Source: a virus. Taken from it: a stretch of DNA of 64,000 nt. Below, piece after piece: positions 1 through 9,958 of this stretch. Positions within the stretch are counted from its first letter, which is position 1. The number at the start of each line of letters is the position of its first letter. The position numbers and the translations under genes are program-made. The notes under the pieces are model-generated. The model had not been told where the DNA came from. It saw nothing but the letters and a program-made list of their open reading frames with translations, and did not search any database. The stretch lies in IMG/VR virus record IMGVR_UViG_3300036719_006047, positions 72,911 through 136,910 of that record; one strand, given 5' to 3'.

Positions 1-3
1 GTC

Positions 4-816
<813 letters not shown>

Positions 817-859
817 CCAGTGGGGGCTCCTTCGCCCTACGCAGACCGAGAGGATTACA

Positions 860-1360
860 ATGAATACCATCCTGTGCGTAGCCATGCATGTGCAGGAAGG
901 ACGCTTGCGTGGGCTCGGGGGAGCCCTCCTGGCTCGCCTTCCCGCTGGTTCTTGGGCTGTCATCGACGACGCCCTCTGGGAACACCCTGAGGGCATCAAC
1001 TTTGCCGATGCGTGGCTTCTCTTTCTCGAATGGGCCCGCGGCCTGTCCCGAGGCGATAAGCCTGTGCTTGCTGTGTGGGGGCGTCAAACCCTCACACAGC
1101 TTCGGCGGAACTGCTACGAGTTTGAGCTTAGCTTCCCTTGGACAGATGACTTCGTGTACGACGTAAGGGAGGCAGTTTCTTGCCAGTACCCTGCCCTCGA
1201 ACTCAACCAGATTCGCGTAGAGGCGGTCTGTCGAGACTTCGGTGTGGGGAATGGCGTCTACAACGTCCTTCTCGATGCTCGCGACCGCGCAAACGCTTTG
1301 GCGGGTGTCGCGAAGATGCTTCAGAATCACCGCTTGTTGGCCGCAGAAGCGGCAAAGTGA
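860..1360 (+). CDS. Possible degenerate DnaQ/ERI-1(KapD)-like 3'-5' exonuclease-fold protein
   Basis: SD GAGGA upstream; AVWGRQTLTQLRRNC.....FPW....YDVR resembles the ERI-1/KapD exoII region; catalytic acidic residues are not evident. Confidence 0.4.
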   Translation: MNTILCVAMHVQEGRLRGLGGALLARLPAGSWAVIDDALWEHPEGINFADAWLLFLEWARGLSRGDKPVLAVWGRQTLTQLRRNCYEFELSFPWTDDFVYDVREAVSCQYPALELNQIRVEAVCRDFGVGNGVYNVLLDARDRANALAGVAKMLQNHRLLAAEAAK

Positions 1361-1367
1361 GGCTCGT

Positions 1368-1766
1368 TTGAGCAAAGTTTTCGTGTGTCCCCACTGCGAC
1401 GTGGAAGTTTCCCGGAAGAATGTTGATGTCCCGTATCGTGTTAACGCTCTGCCTGACGTGATCATCGTCGGCGCGAAGTTGGCTCAGTGCCCGGGATGCC
1501 AGGAATACTACTTTTGCGATCCAGCCCACTACCGCTACATGACGCAGTGCATTGCACGCTCGATCGCGCTTCGCCCCGGCCGGCTGACCGACAGCGAAAA
1601 GTTGTTGCTCTTGCTGCGCTTCAAGAATCGTGTCGCGCCCGAGATGGCGCATATGTCAGAAGGTGCCGAAGCCAAGTACCGTGCGCTTCTGGCGGCAGTG
1701 CCTGTGACTGAGATCATGGCTGTCATGGCCATGCCACGCTGCAAAACTTTCACCATCACTCTGTAG
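1368..1766 (+). CDS. MqsA/YgiT-type zinc-finger protein
   Basis: CPHC-x~33-CPGCQEYY spacing followed by IARSIALRPGRLT, typical of MqsA-family antitoxin N-termini; TTG start inferred. Confidence 0.6.
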   Translation: MSKVFVCPHCDVEVSRKNVDVPYRVNALPDVIIVGAKLAQCPGCQEYYFCDPAHYRYMTQCIARSIALRPGRLTDSEKLLLLLRFKNRVAPEMAHMSEGAEAKYRALLAAVPVTEIMAVMAMPRCKTFTITL

Positions 1767-1774
1767 GAGACGCC

Positions 1775-2236
1775 ATGAAGAAGAAAGACGCGGAAGCTGT
1801 GTTTCGTGGGCTCGCCGAGGAAGTCCGCCGGCGCAAGAATGAAGGGGAAAGCATCCCCCACATCTTCTTCCTGCTGGTTCCTGGCGTGCAGCCACTGATG
1901 ATCGATGTGTCTGAGTTGCTGCGACTGCAGCCGGATCTGACGAAAGACGAGGTGGCTCAGTTCGTCAAGCTCGCGAGCTTGAACACGGGTGCTCGCTACG
2001 TCATTCAGATGACGGAAGCGTGGTGCCTCACGACGCACCAACACCCTGGCGACATCGAGATCTCGAAGCACCCCGACCGCCAGGAGATCATCATGCTCAC
2101 GGTCGACGGCGTCGACTACAACAGCACCATCATGATGGCCATCGAGAACGACCGCGTAGTCGGCGAGAACAAGGAAGTTGTCGGCACCTTCGACGGGCGC
2201 TTCTCCAACATGTCCGGCAACGTGGGGATCAACTGA
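1775..2236 (+). CDS. Hypothetical protein
   Basis: SD AGGAG; 153 aa ORF; TEAW...SKHPDRQE motif. Confidence 0.75.
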   Translation: MKKKDAEAVFRGLAEEVRRRKNEGESIPHIFFLLVPGVQPLMIDVSELLRLQPDLTKDEVAQFVKLASLNTGARYVIQMTEAWCLTTHQHPGDIEISKHPDRQEIIMLTVDGVDYNSTIMMAIENDRVVGENKEVVGTFDGRFSNMSGNVGIN

Positions 2237-2796
2237 TGCAGATCACGTTTCATCAAGCCGACATGCTCGAACTCGGCAAGAACGAAGCGGCCAAGGGCAA
2301 AATCACTGTCGTGCACGCGTTCTCGAGCGAGGACCAGTACCGCGGTAGCGGTCAGCTCGGACACCTGCTGCGAAACACCAGCCTCAAGAACCGTTCGCCT
2401 CCCGACGGCATCTACCCCATCGGCGAAAAAGAGGTGAAGACCTACTGCTTGTCAGCCTCCCACGACCAGTCGGGGACAGAGATGTTCTTCGTGTTCTCGC
2501 CGTGCGTGAAGTGGGGTGTGTCGAAGATGACCTACGATGAGAAAGTCGAGGTCATGGAAGCGAGGGCTTCGGCTGTTCGGGCAGCGGCGATGAGCCTGAA
2601 CGCAGAGACGCTTGTGTTGGGCGCTTGGGGCTGCGGCATCTACGGTGTGCCTGACCGTGTGTCTGCTCAAGTCCAGTTCGACAAGATCCTGACGGGAGGT
2701 GGTTTCAAGTCCGTCCTGTTCGGCTTCACTGACCGCAGACAGCGCCTCGCGTTCGAGCTGGAGCGCAATGCCTGGCAGAAGAAGTCTCAAGCATGA
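2236..2796 (+). CDS. PARG-like (TIGR02452/DUF2263) macrodomain protein, possibly degenerate
   Basis: LVLGAWGCGIYG motif; TGATG overlap start; the GGG..QEE loop is not recognisable. Confidence 0.65.
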   Translation: MQITFHQADMLELGKNEAAKGKITVVHAFSSEDQYRGSGQLGHLLRNTSLKNRSPPDGIYPIGEKEVKTYCLSASHDQSGTEMFFVFSPCVKWGVSKMTYDEKVEVMEARASAVRAAAMSLNAETLVLGAWGCGIYGVPDRVSAQVQFDKILTGGGFKSVLFGFTDRRQRLAFELERNAWQKKSQA

Positions 2797-3095
2797 AAGA
2801 AGCTGATTACACATCTGCGTTGATCGCGATGACTGCTTGTTTCGTCATTGCAAGCCTTGTGCTGCGGCGAGTTCAGGCCAAGGCGAAGGACACAGAACTA
2901 ACGCAAATGATCGACTCTGCGGCTGAAGTAGTCATGCTTTCGATGTACTTCGCAGGAACTGTTGTGGTGGCTGTCGTTGCGAGCGAAGTCTTGCCGCAAT
3001 GGGCCACCCTTCCTGTGGTAGAGCTGTGGATGTGGTTGTATGTCTATCCAGTGATCGCCTTGACGAAAGCTATTTTGCGAGTTCACAAGCCATGA
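2793..3095 (+). CDS. Small membrane protein
   Basis: About three hydrophobic segments; ATGA overlap. Confidence 0.7.
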   Translation: MKEADYTSALIAMTACFVIASLVLRRVQAKAKDTELTQMIDSAAEVVMLSMYFAGTVVVAVVASEVLPQWATLPVVELWMWLYVYPVIALTKAILRVHKP

Positions 3096-3334
3096 CGCCC
3101 CTGTCCGTATTCGTAATCTGCTTTATAGTCCTGCGAAACGTGAAGAACAGTTCGCAGGCAACAGGCTACGCAAAGATGATCAACTACGTCGTTGGCGTTC
3201 AGGCCGTCAACACAGTATACGTCATCGTGTCTCGTGTTGTCGGCCATAAGCCAACGGTCGCAGAAGTGATTGCATTGAGCTTGCCTTTCCTGTACGTGGC
3301 CAAGCTCGAACTCGAAATCAAGAAGGAGAAGTGA
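3092..3334 (+). CDS. Small membrane protein
   Basis: Hydrophobic ORF; ATGA overlap with the previous gene. Confidence 0.6.
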   Translation: MTPLSVFVICFIVLRNVKNSSQATGYAKMINYVVGVQAVNTVYVIVSRVVGHKPTVAEVIALSLPFLYVAKLELEIKKEK

Positions 3335-3663
3335 ACATGACCCCTCTGGACCTCGAGCGGCTTGCCGTTCGCATCGAATCCCTCGTCAACACTTCCACAA
3401 ACGGCTGGTCGGCAAGTGAAGCGTTCGATATGCTTCGCCTTCTGCCGGACCCTTCTGACGCAGAAGGTCGTGTCCGACTGCCGCAGACGAAGCGTCTTCG
3501 TGAAGCAGCAAAAAGGCAGGCTCCTTTCCCGACTCCGGTCGACTACCAGAGATGGCTTCGAGCCTGCATGGATCTCGAGCATCATGTGTCGCGCAACCGC
3601 CCCGGCAGTCCGACCCGCATGATGCGGGAAGCCATGCGCGGTCGCTTCCCCCTCACTAGGTAG
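3331..3663 (+). CDS. Hypothetical protein
   Basis: SD AAGGAG; GTGA overlap. Confidence 0.65.
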   Translation: MNMTPLDLERLAVRIESLVNTSTNGWSASEAFDMLRLLPDPSDAEGRVRLPQTKRLREAAKRQAPFPTPVDYQRWLRACMDLEHHVSRNRPGSPTRMMREAMRGRFPLTR

Positions 3664-3679
3664 GAAACAGGAATACACA

Positions 3680-4216
3680 ATGCCGAACGCAACGACATCT
3701 CAGTCTTCGCATCTTTCCCGCCTTCTTCGAGAGGCGGCCGATACCATCGACACTCTGGCGGCGAATCGATCGCAGGAAGTAGAACTCAAGAAGATTTACG
3801 AGCTGCTCGAATGGTCCGGATTCCCTGTTCAGGCCGACGTAGACAAGGCGACAGAGGACGACTTCGTTCGCTCAGTTCGGGCTCTGGCGAGAAGCAGAGA
3901 GAGCATCAGTCACGATTACGAAGCCCTGAAGCTCGAACTCGCCAAACTCCGCGAGACCATCGACCTGGCCAGCCGAACGCTGACTGCTTACGGATTCGGT
4001 GAATGCCAGCGCACGGCCCCCAGCGTGAATCACCTCGCCGATGCCATCTCCTCCATGCGAATGGCACACTTGACCACCATTCAAGGCCAAGAGAGAAGGA
4101 TCGCAGAGCACCGCAATCGGGCTGACACGAACCAAGACCGGGCGCGCGATCTCGAAAAAGAAGTCGAAAGGATGAAGGCTGGGCTGCGAAATCTCATCAC
4201 GGACAACAACAAGTAA
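3680..4216 (+). CDS. Coiled-coil hypothetical protein
   Basis: 178 aa, heptad-rich. Confidence 0.7.
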   Translation: MPNATTSQSSHLSRLLREAADTIDTLAANRSQEVELKKIYELLEWSGFPVQADVDKATEDDFVRSVRALARSRESISHDYEALKLELAKLRETIDLASRTLTAYGFGECQRTAPSVNHLADAISSMRMAHLTTIQGQERRIAEHRNRADTNQDRARDLEKEVERMKAGLRNLITDNNK

Positions 4217-4226
4217 GGGTGCCAAC

Positions 4227-4424
4227 ATGGAAGTAGCTGTCGCTGTCATCGTCGTTTGCTTTGTGCTCTACGTCTTGTTGGATCTGTACTCGCACTTCTC
4301 CAATCGCGCAGAAGAGGAGCGCCGCCAGAGACAGGCGCAGGAGCTGATCAACGAGGCGAAACTCAGACTCGAAGAAGCAGAACGCAACACCAGAGAAGTG
4401 CTGGACCTGTACAACAAGAAGTAG
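4227..4424 (+). CDS. Small protein with N-terminal TM segment and coiled coil
   Basis: VAVAVIVVCFVLYVLL followed by an E/R-rich helix. Confidence 0.7.
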   Translation: MEVAVAVIVVCFVLYVLLDLYSHFSNRAEEERRQRQAQELINEAKLRLEEAERNTREVLDLYNKK

Positions 4425-4490
4425 CGCAACAAACATAACGACAGTTTTGCGACCCGCATTGCGACATCTCTTTGAGTATTCGAGGTATGA

Positions 4491-4505
4491 CGTGTGCGAA
4501 GTATA
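4491..4505 (+). promoter_or_regulatory. Candidate promoter/regulatory motif copy 1 (CGTGTGCGAAGTATA)
   Basis: Intergenic; 14/15 identical to 53422-53436. Confidence 0.35.
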
Positions 4506-4621
4506 TCAGTCGCGGAATTGAAGGCTGCCCACAAAGCTCTTGCGGATCGGCTGCAAGAAGGTGTCTACGATTACGGCTTTTTGCGCAAGTAAGCAACAAC
4601 AAAACCACGAAGGACGAAGAA

Positions 4622-4903
4622 ATGAAGAACAGAATCATCAGCATCGGACTTGCGTTTGTGCTTTCCTGCACCGGCGAGAACCCTGAGTACGACTTGGGGT
4701 TTGAGCAGGGCTGTGAGAGCGGCCGGTATGACGCGTACAACTGCTACGCGAAGAACCCGCGGATCGACGGCCTCGAAAAGGAGGAGAGCGAATACGCTGA
4801 AGGGTTTTACGAAGGGTATGTCGACTGCTACGACGCTGCTGTGCTGCTGTCGAGCTGCAATGACTGGCAGACGAACAACGCCTGCAACGCCTGCGCAGAA
4901 TAG
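4622..4903 (+). CDS. Putative lipoprotein
   Basis: MKNRIISIGLAFVLSC lipobox-like signal; GxxxG/Y-rich mature part. Confidence 0.6.
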   Translation: MKNRIISIGLAFVLSCTGENPEYDLGFEQGCESGRYDAYNCYAKNPRIDGLEKEESEYAEGFYEGYVDCYDAAVLLSSCNDWQTNNACNACAE

Positions 4904-5023
4904 ACCTTCACCAAGAACGCGACAGAGGAAGAGCTTTTCAGTTACCTTTCTGCTTTCTGGAGCACGCGGGGCGGCAAACTCATGCAGTCTCGCTTTATCG
5001 ACAGCTAACACAAGAGGTGATTT

Positions 5024-5818
5024 ATGGCGTACAAGAAATCTGGTCCTCCTGAGTGGGTTCTTGCGGCTCGCCCCCTTCTCGGGACGATGCGGGACCCCGA
5101 GCTCGCCCGAATGCTCGGCGTCAACAAGGGCACGCTTCGCGCCCTCCGTCTGCGCGAAGGCATTGCGATGAGTCCGGACATTCCGAGAATCAAGCGAAGG
5201 AAGCCTGATGCCGAGGCTATGGCTTACGCAGACGAGAAGCATCCCGGAATCCTGGAGAAAGTAGGTCTTTTGTCGGACACTGACATCGCAAAGGAATACG
5301 GAATCTCGAGAGCACGGGTCCGAAACATCAGAAACCGGACCAACAAGAAGTCACCGGCCTCAAACGTCTTTTTCCCGAATCGCTTGGATCTGCCCCAAAG
5401 CGAAGTCGACAGGATCGGCAAAGAGCCTGACGCGAAGCTGGCGAAAGAGTGGGGCGTCTCCGCTTCTTCCGTCTGCAGATGGAGAAAACTCAACAGAATT
5501 GAGACCTTCGAGAACAACGATGCGTGGCTGAAGATTGCAGCAGCCCACGATCGCGTGGGGCAGGTGTCTGATCTCAAGCTGTCGTTGGAGTTGCAGGTTT
5601 CGCCACACACTATCATGAAGTACCGCAAAAAGCACAACATCAAGCCTGTGCGTGCTTCGCCTGCTTCAGAACACTTCGTGATTGTCGATAAGGACGAACT
5701 GAAGAGGCTGATCGACGAAGGAAAGAGTATCAAAGAGATCGCAACGCACTTCAACAGAAGCCCCGCTTGCATTCACGCCCACAAGAAGAGCTTGGGCCTT
5801 ACCCGGAAAAAACCATGA
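5024..5818 (+). CDS. Tandem helix-turn-helix repeat protein (5 repeats)
   Basis: Repeated G..sD.elA...gvS...v...R...gI units; SD GAGG. Confidence 0.75.
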   Translation: MAYKKSGPPEWVLAARPLLGTMRDPELARMLGVNKGTLRALRLREGIAMSPDIPRIKRRKPDAEAMAYADEKHPGILEKVGLLSDTDIAKEYGISRARVRNIRNRTNKKSPASNVFFPNRLDLPQSEVDRIGKEPDAKLAKEWGVSASSVCRWRKLNRIETFENNDAWLKIAAAHDRVGQVSDLKLSLELQVSPHTIMKYRKKHNIKPVRASPASEHFVIVDKDELKRLIDEGKSIKEIATHFNRSPACIHAHKKSLGLTRKKP

Positions 5819-6171
5819 ACAACGACACAAATCTTATGCGCGTCTGCAATGTCATTCGGCTGCTTCTCAACTTGGCCGATGACATCGAGAAATACTCTTT
5901 GCCCCCTGAGGGTATCAAAGCGAACGCCGCGAGCCTCCGTCATGTTATCATGCACTGGTGCGGAGAGTGCAAAGAGCTGAACTTCGTCAGAATCATGGAA
6001 ATCTTCTTGTCGGAAGATGCTCGTGTAGTAGAGACCCCGATGCTGTTGGCGGCTGCCATTGCGCGCTACGGAGGCTACATGGAGAGATCGGGCAACTTCA
6101 ACGACAAACTCGAAAAAGTGATTGCGCAGACCTTGTGGAACCTCACTGTTATCACGGAAGGAACACAATGA
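5815..6171 (+). CDS. Hypothetical protein
   Basis: ATGA overlap; 118 aa. Confidence 0.65.
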   Translation: MNNDTNLMRVCNVIRLLLNLADDIEKYSLPPEGIKANAASLRHVIMHWCGECKELNFVRIMEIFLSEDARVVETPMLLAAAIARYGGYMERSGNFNDKLEKVIAQTLWNLTVITEGTQ

Positions 6172-6401
6172 GCCCGTCAGAGAGAGCAGCCCGGAACTTC
6201 ACCCGGACGCGAGGCAAAGCTGCCTTTAGACTGTTCATACAGATGCTCTGCGAGAAGCAGAGTGGCACGGACATCGGGAAGCAGTTCGGCGTCTCCCGAG
6301 AACGCGTCAGACAGTGGAAAGAGATTTTCGGGACTACGATTTCGATCTACCAACCTCACGCAGAAGTGATGCGTGTTATCGGAGGCGGCAATGGACATTG
6401 A
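6168..6401 (+). CDS. Small HTH protein (sigma-70 region 4-like)
   Basis: DIGKQFGVSRERVRQW motif. Confidence 0.7.
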   Translation: MSPSERAARNFTRTRGKAAFRLFIQMLCEKQSGTDIGKQFGVSRERVRQWKEIFGTTISIYQPHAEVMRVIGGGNGH

Positions 6402-6738
6402 CGAGATCAAGAAGAACTTCATCGAGATGAAAGAGAGACGAGATGAGCAAGAGCTGCGGCTTCAGCAAGGTCGCGACACCTTGTGGCTCGCCAACAAGAT
6501 CCGCGAAATCCAGCACAATTCTCGCGCCAACGCGCAAGACATGATCGCGCTGGTCGAGGGTGATTCTCCTGATGAGTGCCGCCGCAGGCTCAAGCTTCTT
6601 GCGGAAGAGCTTCGCCTCGATCTCAGCAAGGGCGCGAACCTCAAGGTCCAAGAGATCCCACTGCACGCGAGACGCAGCCACTCTCCGAGCCCGTTCCTGA
6701 TCCAATGCAGCCTCGAAGACTTTATTGCGATGTTCTGA
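6391..6738 (+). CDS. Hypothetical helical protein
   Basis: SD GGAGG; 115 aa. Confidence 0.65.
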   Translation: MDIDEIKKNFIEMKERRDEQELRLQQGRDTLWLANKIREIQHNSRANAQDMIALVEGDSPDECRRRLKLLAEELRLDLSKGANLKVQEIPLHARRSHSPSPFLIQCSLEDFIAMF

Positions 6739-6765
6739 GTCCTGAGTACAGTACGAGAGGTAAAC

Positions 6766-7038
6766 ATGTTGAACGCGATTAGCCTGAACGAAGTGTTTTT
6801 CCACGCAACCCGGCTGGGGCTTAGCTTGTTTGACATCGTCGAAGACGCGGAAGAGCAGACGATTACTGCTGTCTTTCGCGGCAACGAGAGAATGGCGTTG
6901 GTTACGGTGTTCTTAGACGGGGAAGTTATCGTTAGCTGGAAAGCGGAAAAGCCCGTCTTTGTCGAGATACAGCCCGGAAGAACAGCGGCTCTCGACGCTG
7001 CTACCCGAGTACAGTCCTACCTTGCCACAGGAGAGTGA
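6766..7038 (+). CDS. Hypothetical protein
   Basis: SD GAGG; 90 aa. Confidence 0.7.
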   Translation: MLNAISLNEVFFHATRLGLSLFDIVEDAEEQTITAVFRGNERMALVTVFLDGEVIVSWKAEKPVFVEIQPGRTAALDAATRVQSYLATGE

Positions 7039-7039
7039 C

Positions 7040-8197
7040 ATGAACAAATTCGTTTTGCGCTGCTGGTTGTCGCGGTTGTCTTCCTTGAGGGACATCAACA
7101 AGGAGATCAGCTACTTGAGCCACGCGAAAGGCTGGGGAAGAGTTATTGCTTTTCCGGGTGCATTCTTCAGCATCGCTGATGTCCTTGCGGACATCGACCA
7201 CAGTGGGCCGCTCACTTCTCTGTACGACAAGGGGTGGAAGGATTCACCTTGGTCCTGCATTGGAAACGACTGGGTCGCGAGTTTGATCGCGGCGGATCGA
7301 AGCCTCTCTTGCATGAAGTTGCGTGTACCTAGCGGAGACAAGACCGACTACTACCCCGACCTTGGTATTGTCGTGGTTCATGAGTCAAACAACACAGCGT
7401 CTATTGTGGTCTCGCCCGACACAAGCGCTTTCCGCTCTTGGCTGAATGTGCGCCTCGCAGACAAGGCCCACGCGGCCCAGCAGATCATCCGGTTGCAGAA
7501 AGTCTCTGTTGTTTCCAGCTCCTCGTGGCGAGGGAGCAGCGAGATCACGAAGTGGGGCTTTCGCTCGGATGCTGCCGAAAAGAAAGAGCTTGTGCGAGGG
7601 ACGTGGGCTCCGAGTGTAGAAAACATCGCAGCCACCCTGAAGCCCGGAAACTCCATCCTGTTGTTCGGTCCCTCGGGCTGCGGCAAGACTGAGACCGCCA
7701 TTCAGGCGGCACTTCACAACGGGGCGTCTCGAGTTCTCGTCATTCCCGGTGGCGTCGTGGGGTCTGAGCTGTACGGCTCCTCTCTCGCAAGCCTCATGGA
7801 CCTGCTGGGCGCCTCGGTCCTCGTCATTGATGATCTGGCGGGGGACGCCACTGTCGCGATGCTTGATCACTTCGAGATGCTCAAGAACAACAACTTTAGC
7901 GTCATCGTCACCCTCATGACTGACAACGGCCCTGTGAGACTTCCCGGCTTGCGTCCTGGGCGAATCGATCAGTTCTTCTCGTTCGATACGCCCACAACGG
8001 AAGACCGACTCAACTTGCTTCACTACTACGCTCCGAACGTCAACTTTGCCGGGAGCGACCAGCTCACGAGAAAGTTCACGCCAGCCTACTTGAAAGAGCT
8101 GGCCAAGAGAGCCGTGGCTTCGGGTGACACCGACAAGAAAGCCTGGGAATCTGCCGCAAGGTCGCTTCAGATTCAACTCGACATCGTCAACCGATAG
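7040..8197 (+). CDS. AAA+ ATPase with N-terminal extension
   Basis: Walker A GPSGCGKT, Walker B VLVIDD, RPGRID second region of homology. Confidence 0.85.
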   Translation: MNKFVLRCWLSRLSSLRDINKEISYLSHAKGWGRVIAFPGAFFSIADVLADIDHSGPLTSLYDKGWKDSPWSCIGNDWVASLIAADRSLSCMKLRVPSGDKTDYYPDLGIVVVHESNNTASIVVSPDTSAFRSWLNVRLADKAHAAQQIIRLQKVSVVSSSSWRGSSEITKWGFRSDAAEKKELVRGTWAPSVENIAATLKPGNSILLFGPSGCGKTETAIQAALHNGASRVLVIPGGVVGSELYGSSLASLMDLLGASVLVIDDLAGDATVAMLDHFEMLKNNNFSVIVTLMTDNGPVRLPGLRPGRIDQFFSFDTPTTEDRLNLLHYYAPNVNFAGSDQLTRKFTPAYLKELAKRAVASGDTDKKAWESAARSLQIQLDIVNR

Positions 8198-8208
8198 AAG
8201 GAGCTGAC

Positions 8209-9204
8209 ATGAACACCGAGAAAGAAGAAGTCCGTCACGCTGACAAGACCTGGATCATGGTTCTCGACGATCTCGACGTCGAGGGGGCTCGCCAGAAGCT
8301 GATCGAGGCGGGCGTGGATGGCGACACTCTCGTCGTCGAGAAGGGTGACGAGTCTGATCTGTGGCAGAACCCCGACGTGGTGTTCCGCACCTCGCACATG
8401 CGACTCAACGACTTCACGTACACCCGAGTCCCGGAAAACTCGATCACGCTGAAGATGCTTGTCGAGCAGATCGCAGACGGCCAAAAAGCCCAGAGTGCGT
8501 GGCTCGTCGCACGACAGAAGCTCAAGAGCTTGGACACCGTGGCCCAGTGCCGCCTTCCGATGTCGGCCCTTACGCACCCCGGCTTCCAGGTCTTCCTCTC
8601 GGAGTGCGCCCGAGGCCAGACGCAGATCATCCGCTACTCCACGGTGCAGTCGAGCTGGTCGAAGCACCGCTACAACACGGTGTCTCTCGTCGCCGACATC
8701 ACCACGCGCAAGTTTGGCGATGATCGAGACGACGACTACAGCGAGGTGTCGGGGCAAGTCACTTTCGAGGTTCCCATCACCAAGGTGGTGATCGGCCTGG
8801 GTGACAGGGTGACCAAGAACGTGACCCACGTCGTCGTGATGAACAAGCTTGAGGCCGGGATGCCGGATTCGCGCTGCTCCTTGCCGCAGGTCCCGCAGAA
8901 TAGCTACAGCTTTCTGGCGACCCCTCGCAGCCATTTCGAGCGCAAGCTGCATTACGATCTTCGTCTCCTTCTCGGAATCGACGTGAATCCCGAAGAGTTG
9001 CCGTACTTCGTGCGATCCGAGACTCTTGTGCGAGACGGAACCAATCGTTACGTCTATCTCGTGAAGTTCATCGTCCGCAACGTTGGCTTCTCCCAGCAGA
9101 GGTCGAGCACGATCGAGACCGCTCAGATCCTGCCTCTGCAAGACGCAGTACTTCGGCTTCACCCCGAGGATGCGGGTTTGCTTTACGTGGCGTCCAACCT
9201 GTAA
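8209..9204 (+). CDS. Hypothetical protein
   Basis: SD AAGGAG; 331 aa with strongly coding-like codon usage. Confidence 0.8.
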   Translation: MNTEKEEVRHADKTWIMVLDDLDVEGARQKLIEAGVDGDTLVVEKGDESDLWQNPDVVFRTSHMRLNDFTYTRVPENSITLKMLVEQIADGQKAQSAWLVARQKLKSLDTVAQCRLPMSALTHPGFQVFLSECARGQTQIIRYSTVQSSWSKHRYNTVSLVADITTRKFGDDRDDDYSEVSGQVTFEVPITKVVIGLGDRVTKNVTHVVVMNKLEAGMPDSRCSLPQVPQNSYSFLATPRSHFERKLHYDLRLLLGIDVNPEELPYFVRSETLVRDGTNRYVYLVKFIVRNVGFSQQRSSTIETAQILPLQDAVLRLHPEDAGLLYVASNL

Positions 9205-9228
9205 CAGACAAGTCGAGAGGACGGGACA

Positions 9229-9909
9229 ATGAGAATTTGGCACATCTCTGATACGCACGGACTTCACGATCAGCTTGTTGTCCCTTCCGGCATCGACGTC
9301 GTCGTTCACAGCGGAGATGCGACCAACAGTCGTGCCAGCTGGGCAAACAAGAACGAGATGATTCGTTTCGTCGAGTGGTTTGCGCAGCTGGCCATCCCGC
9401 ACAAGATCTTTGTGCCCGGCAATCACGACAGCTCGGTCGCGGAACGAGAGTACAAGGCCGAGCTGTTCGAGGAGTTTGGCATTCACCTTCTCGTCGATGA
9501 AGATGTCACACTCGATAGCATCAAGTTCTGGGGCTCTCCTTGGGTTCCTCGTTACGGCGACTGGGTATACATGGCAGACCGCAGCAGCTTCACGCGGCGG
9601 TGGTCTTTCATCCCAGACGACACCGATGTGCTCATCACACACGGCCCTCCGTTCGGCGTGCTTGACGCCACTTACGGAAGCACCAACAAGTTCGAGTTGA
9701 CTGGTTGCCGGGCTCTGCAGAAAAGAGTTTTTGTGTTGCGGCCGAGATTGCACCTGTTCGGTCACATTCATTCGTGCGATGACATCAGAAATTCGGGTAC
9801 GCGAGTGCTGCCCGATGCAGGAGACACCGTATTTTCCAATGGCGCTTGCTGCGATGATGGTGTCTACGACAAACCAACGAGCAACGGCAATGTGCTTGAG
9901 CTCAACTGA
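9229..9909 (+). CDS. Metallophosphoesterase (calcineurin-like)
   Basis: SDTHG, GD, GNHD, THGPP and GHIH motifs. Confidence 0.92.
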   Translation: MRIWHISDTHGLHDQLVVPSGIDVVVHSGDATNSRASWANKNEMIRFVEWFAQLAIPHKIFVPGNHDSSVAEREYKAELFEEFGIHLLVDEDVTLDSIKFWGSPWVPRYGDWVYMADRSSFTRRWSFIPDDTDVLITHGPPFGVLDATYGSTNKFELTGCRALQKRVFVLRPRLHLFGHIHSCDDIRNSGTRVLPDAGDTVFSNGACCDDGVYDKPTSNGNVLELN

Positions 9910-9958
9910 ACTACGTCAGCACCGTGGTTGACTACTCCAACAAACTCCTCCCGGAGAA

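Noticed and set aside
860-1360. Toxin partner (MqsR/RelE-like) for the MqsA-like gene
   Set aside because: Its length and motifs fit an exonuclease-like fold better than a RelE-family toxin
8173-9771. 532 aa minus-strand ORF
   Set aside because: Shadow of two well-supported + strand genes, including the metallophosphoesterase
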